This document shows positions 34,906-44,400 of a stretch of 64,000 nucleotides of DNA, piece by piece. The DNA comes from Anaerolineae bacterium (lineage in GTDB: Bacteria; Chloroflexota; Anaerolineae; B4-G1): assembly GCA_046760785.1 (NCBI GenBank), contig JBHIET010000008.1, positions 414 to 64,413 on the forward strand. The letters are read 5' to 3'. Made by a program: the position numbers and the translations under genes. Below the pieces are notes generated by a model. It ran no database searches and had not been told where the DNA came from. It worked only from the letters and a program-made list of their open reading frames with translations. Every line of letters starts with the position of its first letter. Position 1 is the first letter of the stretch.

Positions 34906-35745
34906 ATGCTACCTGATCTTCACGAGGAGCTAGCCCTATACGTCACTGGCTACACCCGTGTGGCAGGCCTGGACGAGGCGGGGCGCGGCGCATGGGCCGG
35001 GCCGGTCTGTGCGGCGGCAGTGGTGCTTCCGCTAGACCGGCCCGATCTGCTCGATCTGCTGGCCGATGTGCGCGACTCCAAGCAACTGAGCCTGGCTCAG
35101 CGGGAGGCGCTTATGCCATCTATCCTAGAGGTGGCGGAGGCAGTGGGAGTGGGATGGGCCACGCCCGCTGAAGTGGACGAGATGGGGATTCTCCCAGCCA
35201 CGCGGCGTGCGTTTGCCCGCGCCGTGACCGGCCTGGACGGACGGGTAGACGCGTTACTCGTGGACTACGTACGTCTGCCCAACCTGGACCTGCCCCAGCG
35301 AGCGTTGCCGAAGGCGGACACTCACTGCCTGAGCGTCGCCGCCGCCAGCATCGTCGCCAAGGTGGAGCGGGACCGGTTGATGGTTGCGCTGGACGAGGAT
35401 TTCCCTGGCTATGGCTTCGCCCGCCACAAGGGGTACGGCACGCGCCAGCACCGGGAGGCGTTGGCCCGGCTGGGTCCTTCACCTATCCACCGGCTAAGTT
35501 GGCGGCCAGTGCGGACAATGCAGGGCTTTCCCAAAGTAAGTCGGATTGCCAATCCGACCTGCGGCGCGTCGCGTTGTACAGCACGTAAGAGCACGTCCAT
35601 ATCACCAAACGTGGCCGGCGAGAAAGTCGGATGCGACTTTGGGAAAGCCCTGCGGACAATGTCAGAATGCTTGACAAATCTGAATTTTTATAGTAATATC
35701 GTAAACGAAATTAACTCCCCGCTCTTGCCCGGCAAAGGCGGGTAA
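34906..35745 (+). CDS. rnhB: Ribonuclease HII, with C-terminal region expanded by an in-frame MITE insertion
   Basis: AGLDEAGRGAWAGPV, DSKQLS and HRLSWRPV. Codons after ...WRPVRTM are contributed by the element at 35521..35652. Confidence 0.85.
   Translation: MLPDLHEELALYVTGYTRVAGLDEAGRGAWAGPVCAAAVVLPLDRPDLLDLLADVRDSKQLSLAQREALMPSILEVAEAVGVGWATPAEVDEMGILPATRRAFARAVTGLDGRVDALLVDYVRLPNLDLPQRALPKADTHCLSVAAASIVAKVERDRLMVALDEDFPGYGFARHKGYGTRQHREALARLGPSPIHRLSWRPVRTMQGFPKVSRIANPTCGASRCTARKSTSISPNVAGEKVGCDFGKALRTMSECLTNLNFYSNIVNEINSPLLPGKGG
35521..35652. mobile_element. MITE-like element (132 bp), perfect 17-bp TIRs, 9-bp target-site duplication, inside the rnhB 3' end
   Basis: TIRs CAGGGCTTTCCCAAAGT (35521-37) and ACTTTGGGAAAGCCCTG (35636-52). 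The TSD CGGACAATG occurs at 35512-20 and 35653-61. Confidence 0.8.
35671..35699 (+). promoter_or_regulatory. Sigma70-type promoter upstream of the NYN remnant / GT4 genes
   Basis: TTGACA, 17-nt spacer, TAATAT. Confidence 0.6.
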
Positions 35746-35800
35746 TTACCCCCAAGGGGCTGCATTTGTCAGCCCCTTGGCACGTATTAGGAGGAGTAAC

Positions 35801-36113
35801 GTGGCCGAGCGCGTCGCAATCTTCATTGATGGTAGCAACCTATGAACCACGGGAAAACACTGTCGTGGAAAAAGGCGTGGATATCGCCATTGTGGTAGAC
35901 ATGCTTCAATTAGCATACCGTGATGTGTACGACACTGCCATTCTAGTAAGCGGAGATGCGGACTTTGCAGCCACTGTAGAAGCGGTCCAAGATCTGGGCA
36001 AGCACGTCGAAAACGCGATGGGGCGGACTGGACAGTCAAGGCTGTTGCGCCAGACCTGCGACCGCTTCATCCCGCTGACAAAGGATTTCCTGCAAGATTG
36101 CTGGCTCCCATAA
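35801..36113 (+). pseudogene. NYN/LabA-like (DUF88) nuclease-domain gene with internal deletion and frameshift
   Basis: GTG at 35801 follows AGGAGG and encodes VAERVAIFIDGSNL, then TGA. A different frame continues EKGVDIAIVVDML..YDTAILVSGDADFAATVEAVQDLGKHVE. I judge roughly 70 aa between the two conserved blocks to be missing. Confidence 0.6.
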
Positions 36114-36127
36114 GACAGAGTGAAAAC

Positions 36128-37237
36128 GTGCATCTGGCCCTCGTCCACGACTGGCTCAATCAGATCGGCGGGGCGGAGGACGTCCTGGAGACGCTCGTCG
36201 AGATGTTCCCCCACGCCCCCATCTACACCTCGATGTACTGGTGCGAGGGGATGCCCCCCGCCTACCGCACCTGGGACATCCGCACTACCTGGATGGATCG
36301 TCTGCCAGGCATTTACTACCACCACCAGCCTTACCTGCCCCTCTACCCTCTCGCCTTCACCCGGCTCGACCTCTCCGGCTACGACTTTGTGCTGAGCAAC
36401 AAATCCGGCTTCTGCCACGGGGTGCGGACCGGCGAGGCAGTTCACATATGCTACTGCCTGACTCCCACGCGGTACGTCTGGGACTTTGACGCCTACGCCG
36501 CCCGGGAGGCGATCCCGCTGGCGCTAAGGATCACGCTGCGCCCCCTGATCGCTCTCCTGCGCCGTTGGGACTACCAGGCTGCGCAGCGAGTGGACCACTT
36601 CATCGCCATCTCCCGCGAAGTTCAGGCCCGCATCCGTCGCTACTACGGTCGCGACTCGGTCGTCGTCCATCCGCCGGTGGACATTGCACGCTTCCACCCT
36701 GCGTCAAGCTCAGGGCATCGCCCCGCTGCCACCCACGACGGCTACTACTTGATCGTCTCTCGCCTCATCCCCTACCGCCGCATAGACCTGGCTGTGCACG
36801 CCTTCGACCAACTGGGGCTGCCACTGGTCATCGCTGGCGACGGGCGGGACCGGCCCCGACTGGAGGCTCAGGCCCGTCCCAACGTTACCTTTCTGGGCCG
36901 TGTGCCTGATGAGGATTTACCCGATCTGTATGCCCGTTGTCGGGCCTATGTCCTGCCAGGTGTGGAGGACTTCGGCATCGCGCCGGTTCAGGCCCAGGCG
37001 GCCGGGCGGCCCGTCATTGCCTACGGTGCTGGTGGCGCGCTCGACACGGTCGTCGAAGGAGAAACTGGTGTCCTTTTCCACGAGCCCACCCCCGAGGCGT
37101 TGGCTGCGGCCGTGCGCGCCTTCGATCCCGACGCTGTGGACCCTGACGCCTGCCGCGCCAACGCAGAGCGGTTCGCGGTGGAGGTTTTTCGAGAGAAACT
37201 GAACCGGTTCATGCGAGACGAAGTGGCAAGGGGATAG
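36128..37237 (+). CDS. GT4 (GT-B fold) glycosyltransferase
   Basis: VHLALVHDWLNQIGGAEDVL at the N-terminus. C-terminal GVEDFGIAPVQAQAAGRPVIAYGAGGALDTVVEGETGVLF. The start (GTG 36128) is uncertain. Confidence 0.75.
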   Translation: MHLALVHDWLNQIGGAEDVLETLVEMFPHAPIYTSMYWCEGMPPAYRTWDIRTTWMDRLPGIYYHHQPYLPLYPLAFTRLDLSGYDFVLSNKSGFCHGVRTGEAVHICYCLTPTRYVWDFDAYAAREAIPLALRITLRPLIALLRRWDYQAAQRVDHFIAISREVQARIRRYYGRDSVVVHPPVDIARFHPASSSGHRPAATHDGYYLIVSRLIPYRRIDLAVHAFDQLGLPLVIAGDGRDRPRLEAQARPNVTFLGRVPDEDLPDLYARCRAYVLPGVEDFGIAPVQAQAAGRPVIAYGAGGALDTVVEGETGVLFHEPTPEALAAAVRAFDPDAVDPDACRANAERFAVEVFREKLNRFMRDEVARG

Positions 37238-37285
37238 GGGAAAAGCCTGACAGTCCCCTTGTCCCAGATCGAAGGAGCACAACGT

Positions 37286-37978
37286 ATGGAGTTGAGAACC
37301 TATTGGACGATACTGACCCGCCGTTGGTGGCTCGTCGTTGCCCCGGTGCTGGTAGTGCTGGCCTACACCGTGGTCACCTACCGACCGCCTGCAACGAGCT
37401 ACCAGGTAGTAATGCGCTTTGCCGCTGGCACTTCCCCCGCCGGGCTGAGCCTGGACTACGACCGCTATTATCCCTGGCTCACCTCCGAGTACATCGCCAA
37501 CGGCCTGGCCGACGTGGCCGAGACCGGAGCCTTCGCCCAGGCCGTCGCCTCGCGGTTGGCCGAAGCAGGGCATGAGGTCACGCCCGAAGCAATCCAGCCC
37601 CGTATTGTCACTGACAATGCCCAGTCCATCCTCGTCGTCTATCTCACCTGGCCGGACGCGGAGCAGATCGTCGCCGTGGTCGAGGCCATCATCGCCGAAC
37701 TGACCGCAAACAGTGCAGCCTACTTCCCCCAATTGGAAGGTGTAGAGCCGGCTGTCCGCCCGCTGGATGCGCCCGTGCCTGTGCAGCTCCCTCCTGAACT
37801 GCGCACTCAGTTGATGGGCCCGGCGATCAAAATCGGGCTGGCAGCGGGTCTAGGCGTCGCGCTGGCGCTCCTGTGGCACTACCTGGATCCCACCGTCCGA
37901 GAGGTTGCGGAACTGGAGGACTTGGGGTTAGTCGTATTGGCAGAAATACCGCGCTGCCGCTGGCGGAAATCCCAATGA
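37286..37978 (+). CDS. Wzz/GumC-like polysaccharide chain-length determinant (no kinase domain)
   Basis: ATG at 37286 follows GAAGGAG. N-terminal YWTILTRRWWLVVAPVLVVLAY TM and a C-terminal TM, IKIGLAAGLGVALALLWHYLDP. Confidence 0.65.
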   Translation: MELRTYWTILTRRWWLVVAPVLVVLAYTVVTYRPPATSYQVVMRFAAGTSPAGLSLDYDRYYPWLTSEYIANGLADVAETGAFAQAVASRLAEAGHEVTPEAIQPRIVTDNAQSILVVYLTWPDAEQIVAVVEAIIAELTANSAAYFPQLEGVEPAVRPLDAPVPVQLPPELRTQLMGPAIKIGLAAGLGVALALLWHYLDPTVREVAELEDLGLVVLAEIPRCRWRKSQ

Positions 37979-38006
37979 CCAAATCCTAACCTGGGCGAGC
38001 CAGACA

Positions 38007-39632
38007 TCATCCCTCGCCGTACACAAGCCGCCCACCGATCATCGTCGCCATCACCTGTGTCTCCACAATCGCCATCGGGTCACAGGTGAAGATGTCTTGG
38101 TCGAGCACGACCAGGTCGGCCAGTTTCCCCGGGGATAGCGATCCCATCCGATCCTCCAGGCCGACGGCTTGCGCGGCGCCCAGCGTGTAGGCGTGCGCTG
38201 CCTCCTCCACCGTCAGCCGCTGCTGGGGATACCAGCCCTGTGGGCCAGGGGAGCCGTCGGCGCGGCACCGCGTCACGGCGGCGTGGATGCCCACGAAGGG
38301 GTTGAGATCCTCCACAGGGCAATCGGACCCGAAGGCCAGCACCGTGCCCGCCTCCAGCAGGCTGCGCCAGGCGTAAGCGGTGGCACAGCGGTCGCCCCAA
38401 TACCGGTCGGCCATCTCGTAATCCTGCGTAGCGTGGATGGGCTGCATCGAGGCCACCACGCCGAGCGCAGCCAGGCGGGGTACATCGTCGGGGTGGAGCA
38501 GTTGCACGTGTTCGATGCGGTGCCTGTTGGGGCAGGGGCAAGCTCGGCCCCTACATCGCTCGCCCTCATCGGCCAGCACGTCCAGCACCATGCGATTGGC
38601 CCGGTCGCCGATGGCATGCACGGCCAGCGGTAGCCCGCCCGCCCCCGCCTGGCGGACCAACTCGCGTAGTGTGTCTTCATCTATAGTCGAGATCCCCACG
38701 TTCTCCGGCTGCCCCTCGTAGGGGGCTAGCATCGCCGCCGTGCGGGGCCCTAATGCACCGTCTACAAAGACCTTGATCCCGCCGAGCCGCAGCCAATCGT
38801 CGCCCAGCCCCGCCCGCAAGCCGATCTCCAGTGCGCAGTCGAGCGCGTCGGCAGGGATGTATTTGACCACCCGCAGGCCCAGTTCGGATCGGGCGTGTAG
38901 CCGCTGGTAGGCAGTGAAGGCCGGAGGGCCGTCCACGTCGTGTATGCACGTCAGCCCTACGCGCCACGCACTTGGAAACGCCTCCCGCAGAGCGCTATCC
39001 ACCACCTCCGCTTCGGGCGGCGGAACGAGGTCGGCGACCAAATCCATCGCGCTGCCCTCAAAGAGCATCCCGTCCAGGCGGCCCTCGGCGTCGCGCCCGA
39101 TGCGCCCGCCGGGCGGGTCGGGCGTCTCGGCGGTGATGCCGGCCAGCCGCAGCGTGCACGAGTTCGCCACCAGCGCGTGGCCGCTCTTGGCCCTCAGCAT
39201 GACCGGGCGATCTGGCGCCACGCTGTCCAGCTCGGCGGCGGTGGGGAAGCGGCGCTCAGGCCACCGTTCCTGGTCCCACCTGCGCCCGACGACCCATCTA
39301 CCTGGCGCCGTTCCCCGCGCCCGCACCGCCACCAACGCCAGCATCTCGCTCAGCGACGCCGCCTTGGATAAGTCCAGCTCGCGCAGGCCCAGAGCGTACC
39401 AGGTGAAGTGAATGTGGCTGTCGGTCAGTCCGGGGAGGACGCAGCGCCCGCCCAGGTCGAGCACCTGGCCGCCAGGAGCCAGGAGATCGCCCAGGCGGTG
39501 CCCTGAGCCTGTCGAAGGGTCGTCTCCTACGGCCAGGATGCGTTCCCCTGCGATAGCCAACGCCGAAGCTCTAGGGCGCTCGGCATCCATCGTGTATATT
39601 CGTCCGTTGATCAGCAGTTTATCCGCCAGCAT
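38007..39632 (-). CDS. Amidohydrolase family metal-dependent hydrolase (Amidohydro_3 / YtcJ-like)
   Basis: ATG at 39632 follows GGAGGTCAG. Sequence features: LLINGRIYTMD, GLTDSHIHF, LAVHAIGD, HRIEHVQL and FGSDCPVE. The track's longer N-terminus runs through non-coding repeats. Confidence 0.8.
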   Translation of the reverse strand: MLADKLLINGRIYTMDAERPRASALAIAGERILAVGDDPSTGSGHRLGDLLAPGGQVLDLGGRCVLPGLTDSHIHFTWYALGLRELDLSKAASLSEMLALVAVRARGTAPGRWVVGRRWDQERWPERRFPTAAELDSVAPDRPVMLRAKSGHALVANSCTLRLAGITAETPDPPGGRIGRDAEGRLDGMLFEGSAMDLVADLVPPPEAEVVDSALREAFPSAWRVGLTCIHDVDGPPAFTAYQRLHARSELGLRVVKYIPADALDCALEIGLRAGLGDDWLRLGGIKVFVDGALGPRTAAMLAPYEGQPENVGISTIDEDTLRELVRQAGAGGLPLAVHAIGDRANRMVLDVLADEGERCRGRACPCPNRHRIEHVQLLHPDDVPRLAALGVVASMQPIHATQDYEMADRYWGDRCATAYAWRSLLEAGTVLAFGSDCPVEDLNPFVGIHAAVTRCRADGSPGPQGWYPQQRLTVEEAAHAYTLGAAQAVGLEDRMGSLSPGKLADLVVLDQDIFTCDPMAIVETQVMATMIGGRLVYGEG

Positions 39633-39696
39633 CTGACCTCCAGTGTGTCTTTGTTTTCCTCGAGACCTTTTATATTCATTATAGAGGGAAAGACAG

Positions 39697-39863
39697 CGGT
39701 TGCGCTTTTCGTAACCACCGCGTAACCGGGTCGTAATCACCTTCGACAGGCATCTCCCCCAATCGTAACCAGTCCTCAACTTGGTTACGATCCGGCCAGG
39801 CGAGTCATCCTCTACCGAGCCGCGGTAGCTCACCGGCGTAACCACCTCCCAAGTCGGTTACGC
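39697..39863. repeat. CGTAACC(ACCT) unit array, left block (3 tandem 11-bp units plus 2 GTAACC/GGTTAC hairpins)
   Basis: Forward units at 39710, 39721 and 39732 with 11-bp spacing. Hairpins CGTAACCA-10 nt-TGGTTACG (39764-89) and GCGTAACC-12 nt-GGTTACGC (39836-63). Confidence 0.75.
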
Positions 39864-39909
39864 TTATGCGGTGCTCGTCAGGTTCTCCCTTCGCGGCTAG
39901 AATATCGTC

Positions 39910-41247
39910 GCACGACGCCATTCTCCAACCGAATTCTAGCACAGTTTCCCCCTCTGAAACAGGTTTTCACCGCGTTTTGGCGGGCTATGACCCCACAACG
40001 CTGCCGTAAGCGGCCCAACCTGAGCCAACTTGGTCGGCATCCCCACCTGCTTCCCGCCTTCGTCCGCCAATCTGCTGTGGCGATGCGCTACCTCCACCTG
40101 CTGGCGCCGCTCGACTGGGAACGCTTCCCCGAGCGCGACCTGCAGACCGACTGGGGGCAACCCACTGTACCATTCGCCTCTTTCACTGCGGCCTGTTTGG
40201 TCAAGCTCGATCAACGCCTGGTCTATATGTCGCACCTGCGTCAGTACTTGATCGAGCATCCTGCGCTGGTGTGGATTTTGGGCTTCCCCGTGGTGCCTTC
40301 ATCCCATACCCCTTGGGGCTTCGATCTCAAGGATTATGTCGAGAACCGCTACGACAAGACCAGGCAGCCCTGCGGCGATCCGGACTGTCGCCTGGGCTGC
40401 AAACGCCGCCGCAACCAGCGCGCATCATCCAAGGAGCCGCCTCCCACACCGGCCGACAATCCCCTGCCAGCCAACACCCTCCCCGTCGGCGAGTTCTACT
40501 GGGGCTACGCTTCCGGTGTCGTCGCTACCCGAGTGCCCGGCTGGGGTGAGTTCGTCCTGGCTGAACTTACTCTGCCTTTCGACCAACCTGACGTGGCCTA
40601 CTTCCATCCGTTGATAGCTGACACCGAGCGCAGGCTGGGCTTCCGTCCCCAGTACGGGGCTTTCGACGCCGCCTTCGACGCTTTCTACGTCTACGAGTAC
40701 TTCCATCGAGACGGCGAACCTATCGAGGCAGCCTTTGCCGCCGTTCCCCTTTCCAAACGGGGCGGAAAACGCCGCCGGTTCGACGCTCAGGGGCTGCCGC
40801 TGTGTGATGCGGGGCTGGCGATGCCCCTCAAGCTCACGTTCATCTGCCGCACCACCCGCTTCGAGCACGAGCGCGGCCGCTACGTCTGCCCCCTCATCTT
40901 CCCCGAACCGACCGGTGAAGCTTGCCCCATCCAGCACAAAAACTGGCCCAAAGGTTGCATCACCACGCTCGCTACCAGCGTCGGTGCACGTATCCGCCAC
41001 CAACTCGACCGCGAGAGCGAGATCTACAAGGAAATCTACAGGCAGCGCACCGCCACCGAGCGCATCAACTCCCAGGCGGTGGAACTGGGCAGCGAGCGAC
41101 CCAGGCTGCGCAACGGGCAGGCTATCGCCAACCAGAACTCGCTCATCTATGTGCTGATCAACCTGCGCGCTTTGCAGCGCGTGCGGCGGAAGAAGGCTGA
41201 GCGCAATTCCTCAGCCTGATTCGATTGTATAAAGTACGGCGTTGTGC
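39910..41247 (+). mobile_element. IS4/IS5-superfamily insertion sequence (~1.34 kb), boundaries approximate
   Basis: The left end is GCACGACGCC (39910-19). The right end GGCGTTGTGC (41238-47) reverse-complements to GCACAACGCC, a 9/10 match. It encloses a single transposase ORF. I see no clear TSD. Confidence 0.6.
39987..41219 (+). CDS. DDE transposase (DDE_Tnp_1 type with DUF772-like N-terminal region)
   Basis: SFTAACLVKLDQRLVYMSHLRQYLIEHPALVWILGF, GAFDAAFDAFYVYEY and YRQRTATERINSQ..ELG...PRLRNGQAI.NQNSLIYVLINL (YREK-type C-terminus). The start could instead be 40083. Confidence 0.8.
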   Translation: MTPQRCRKRPNLSQLGRHPHLLPAFVRQSAVAMRYLHLLAPLDWERFPERDLQTDWGQPTVPFASFTAACLVKLDQRLVYMSHLRQYLIEHPALVWILGFPVVPSSHTPWGFDLKDYVENRYDKTRQPCGDPDCRLGCKRRRNQRASSKEPPPTPADNPLPANTLPVGEFYWGYASGVVATRVPGWGEFVLAELTLPFDQPDVAYFHPLIADTERRLGFRPQYGAFDAAFDAFYVYEYFHRDGEPIEAAFAAVPLSKRGGKRRRFDAQGLPLCDAGLAMPLKLTFICRTTRFEHERGRYVCPLIFPEPTGEACPIQHKNWPKGCITTLATSVGARIRHQLDRESEIYKEIYRQRTATERINSQAVELGSERPRLRNGQAIANQNSLIYVLINLRALQRVRRKKAERNSSA

Positions 41248-41261
41248 ACTCCTCGCGCCCG

Positions 41262-41370
41262 GCGTAACCACCTCGTAACCACCTTGGTCTGGTGTCACCA
41301 CCTCGGCGTAACCAGGTTGAAACTGGTTACGCTTTTTCGTAGCTACTCCGTAACCACCTCGTAACCGGCT
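41262..41370. repeat. CGTAACC(ACCT) unit array, right block
   Basis: The sequence GCGTAACCACCTCGTAACCACCT begins at 41262. The hairpin GCGTAACCAG-gttgaaa-CTGGTTACGC followed by TTTTT lies at 41306-38. CCGTAACCACCTCGTAACCGGCT begins at 41348. Confidence 0.75.
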
Positions 41371-41417
41371 AAACCTGGCCCGACCCTCATTATACATCCC
41401 CTTCTGCAATCCGCAAT

Positions 41418-41446
41418 TTGCCATATCCTCACAAGCGCGGTATACT
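41418..41446 (+). promoter_or_regulatory. Candidate smc promoter
   Basis: TTGCCA, 17-nt spacer, TATACT, 15 nt before the ATG. Confidence 0.5.
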
Positions 41447-41461
41447 CGCGCCTGGAAACCT

Positions 41462-44400
41462 ATGTTACTCAAGCACCTCACACTTCAGGGGTACAAATCC
41501 TTTGCCACCAAGACCGAGTTTCTGTTCCCTACTGGCATCACGGCCATCGTCGGCCCGAATGGCTCGGGCAAGAGCAATATCGCCGATGGGATTCGATGGG
41601 TGCTGGGCGAGCAGAGCATGCGTGCGCTGCGGGGCAAGTCCACCGCCGACATGATCTTCGGGGGCGGACGACGCCGCGCCCGGGCCGGTATGGCCGAAGT
41701 CTCCTTGACGCTCGACAATTCCAGCGGATGGCTACCTATAGAGTTTGGCGAGGTTGCGATCGCCCGCCGTGCCTATCGCTCCGGCGAGAACGAGTATCTC
41801 ATCAACGGGTCGCGGGTTCGGCTGCGCGACGTCAACGAGTTGCTGGCGGAAAGCGGCCTCAGCCAACGCGCCTACACTGTCATCGGCCAGGGGTTGGTGG
41901 ATGCGGCGCTCTCGCTGCGACCCCAGGAGCGGCGCGCACTCTTTGAGGAGGCCGCCGGTATCAGCCTCTACCGCGCCCGGCGGGAGGACGCCGTCCGGCG
42001 ATTGGACGAGACACAGCGCAACCTGGAGCGCGTTCACGACATCATTAGTGAGATCACCCCACGCCTGCGTCGGCTGGAGCGGGAGGTGGAGCGGGTAGAG
42101 GAGCATCGCCGACTGACGGCTCACCTGGAGCGGTTGCAGCGCACCTGGTATGGCTATCAGTGGGGATGCCAGCAGGCCGCGCTGGATCGTGTCCTGAAGA
42201 GAGCCTCCGTCCTGGAATCCAGCCTGGAGGCACAGCAGCGGGAAGCGTCTGAGTTGAGCGAACGACTGATCCAACTGCGCCGGCAGGAGGGCGAACTGCG
42301 CGCCAGGCTGCGCGATTGGCACCGCGAAAGTGCCGATCTTCACGATCACGCCAACGATGTGCAGCGCGAACTGGCCGTGGCAGAGGAGCGTACGCGGTTG
42401 TGGAAAGTCCGGCGCGAGGAACTGCTGGCCGAACTCGAGCCGCTGAGCGGCCAACAAAAGGCGCAGGCAGAGAAAGCCGCCCAAGCTCAAGCTCAGGTGG
42501 AGCGACTGGAACGCGAGCTGGTGGAGCGCAAGACCCGCTTGGCGGACCTGGAGCAGGAATGGGCGACCGCAAAGGAACAGGCTCAGGAATCGGCCCGGCA
42601 GCACGCCCAGGTGGAGCAGGAGGTGCGTGTCCGCCGCGCGAGGCTGGAACGTCTGAATCAGACACTCATCGAAGCCCGCGCGGAGGCAGCCCGTCTGGCG
42701 GGTGAGCAGGAGGCGCTCAGCCGGACGCACGACGGGTGGTTTGCTGACGATGCTGGCGTCCAGGCGTTGCCCTTCGACAGGCTCAGGACGTTGCTCCAGG
42801 CCGATCTGGATGGCGTCGTCGGGCCGCTGGCAGCGTTGATTCGGGTGATTCCTGAGTGGCAGCACGCCATCGAAGCGGCGCTGGGCGCTGACCTGCGGGC
42901 TATCGTTGTGGAACGTGCTTCCGTCATCGAGAAGGTGCACCGGCTCCTCGAGTCTGCAGGAGGACGGCTGACGCTGCTGCCGCTGGATAGCCTTCGCCCA
43001 GCCCCGCCGTTGCCCCCGACCGCTCTCCGCGCCGCCGACGTCGTCACCTGCGACGAGGGTGTGCGACCGGCGGTTGAGGCGTTGCTGGGGGCTGTGGCCC
43101 TGTGCGACGACCTGCAATCGGCCCGCGCGCTGCTTCCTGCTATGCCCCCGGGGAGCCGCTGCGTCACCGCCACGGGCATCGTCCTGCGGGCCGATGGCGC
43201 GCTCTCGGTGGGACAGGCCAGGACAAGCGCCATCTCTGCCGATGAGTGTGCGCAATTGAGTGAGACCCGCCAGCGCTGCCAGGAGATCGAGGGGCAGCAG
43301 CGGACAGAGGCCGAACGGATCGTGGCGCTGGAGGCTGAGTTGGAAGGATTGTCCAAGCAGGCAACCGCTGCCAGGGAGGAGGCGGCGCGCATCGTCCGGG
43401 AGACGCTGGGGAAGGCTCGCACCGAGGTCGCGGTGGCCGAGGAGGCGCTGCGCAACCAGCAGACAGCTCTACAGCGGGAGACGGCGCTGCTGGAGCCGCT
43501 TCAAACGCAGGGGGCGGCACGCCGCCAGCGGGTGAAGGAACTGGAGGCCGAGCACGCTGCCATCGTTGCCCACGTCAGGGAGCAGCGCGTAGCAGCCTCG
43601 GAGATGGAGGCTCAACTACGTCAGGTGCGCGAACGCATTCAGCCGGCTGAGGAGAAACTGATACGGTTTCGCGATGAACAGATGGCGCTGGAGGAGCAGG
43701 AGCGACGTGCCCGCGACCGGGTGCACGATGCGGAGGGTCGTCTCGGCCGCGCCCAACTGGAGGTCGCCCGCTGCCGGGACGAGCTCCAGTTGCTGGCCCG
43801 ACGCATTGAGGAAGACCTGGGGCTGGTCGAACTGGAACTGGCGGAGAGCGTCACGGCACAGACCCCGTTGCCGCTGCAACCGCTGGTCTCCCATCTCCCC
43901 GTCGTCGAGGAATTGCCCAGAGGTTTGCAGGAGGAGATCCAGCGGATCAAGGCCCGCCTCCGACGATTTGGGTCGGTCAATCCCAATGCCCCTGCCGAGC
44001 ATGCCGAGGTACAGGAGCGGCATCGCTTCCTCAGCGAGCAAGCGGCCGACCTGGAGACGGCCTCGGCCCAATTGCGCCAAGTGGTGGCCGAATTGGACGA
44101 ACTGATGGAGACCGCCTTCCGGGAGACGTTCGATGCGGTGGCGACCAGCTTCTCCGAGACCTTCACGGCCCTGTTCGACGGTGGCGCTGCCCGGCTGGAG
44201 TTGACCGAGCCCGACGACCTGATGAATACTGGCGTGGATATCATCGCCCGGCCTCCGGGCAAGCGCGCGCAGCGGTTGGCGCTCCTCTCCGGTGGGGAGC
44301 GGGCATTGACCGCGACCGCGCTCCTGTTCGCCCTTCTCCGCGTCAGCCCGACCCCCTTCTGCGTGCTCGACGAGGTGGACGCAATGCTCGACGAGGCGAA

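Noticed and set aside
39633-39845. The N-terminal 71-aa extension of the amidohydrolase ORF (track start 39845).
   Set aside because: The extension is translated from the GTAACC repeat array (…RLRGGYEKRN…). A good SD (GGAGGTCAG) precedes ATG 39632, which begins the conserved LLINGRIYTMD N-terminus.
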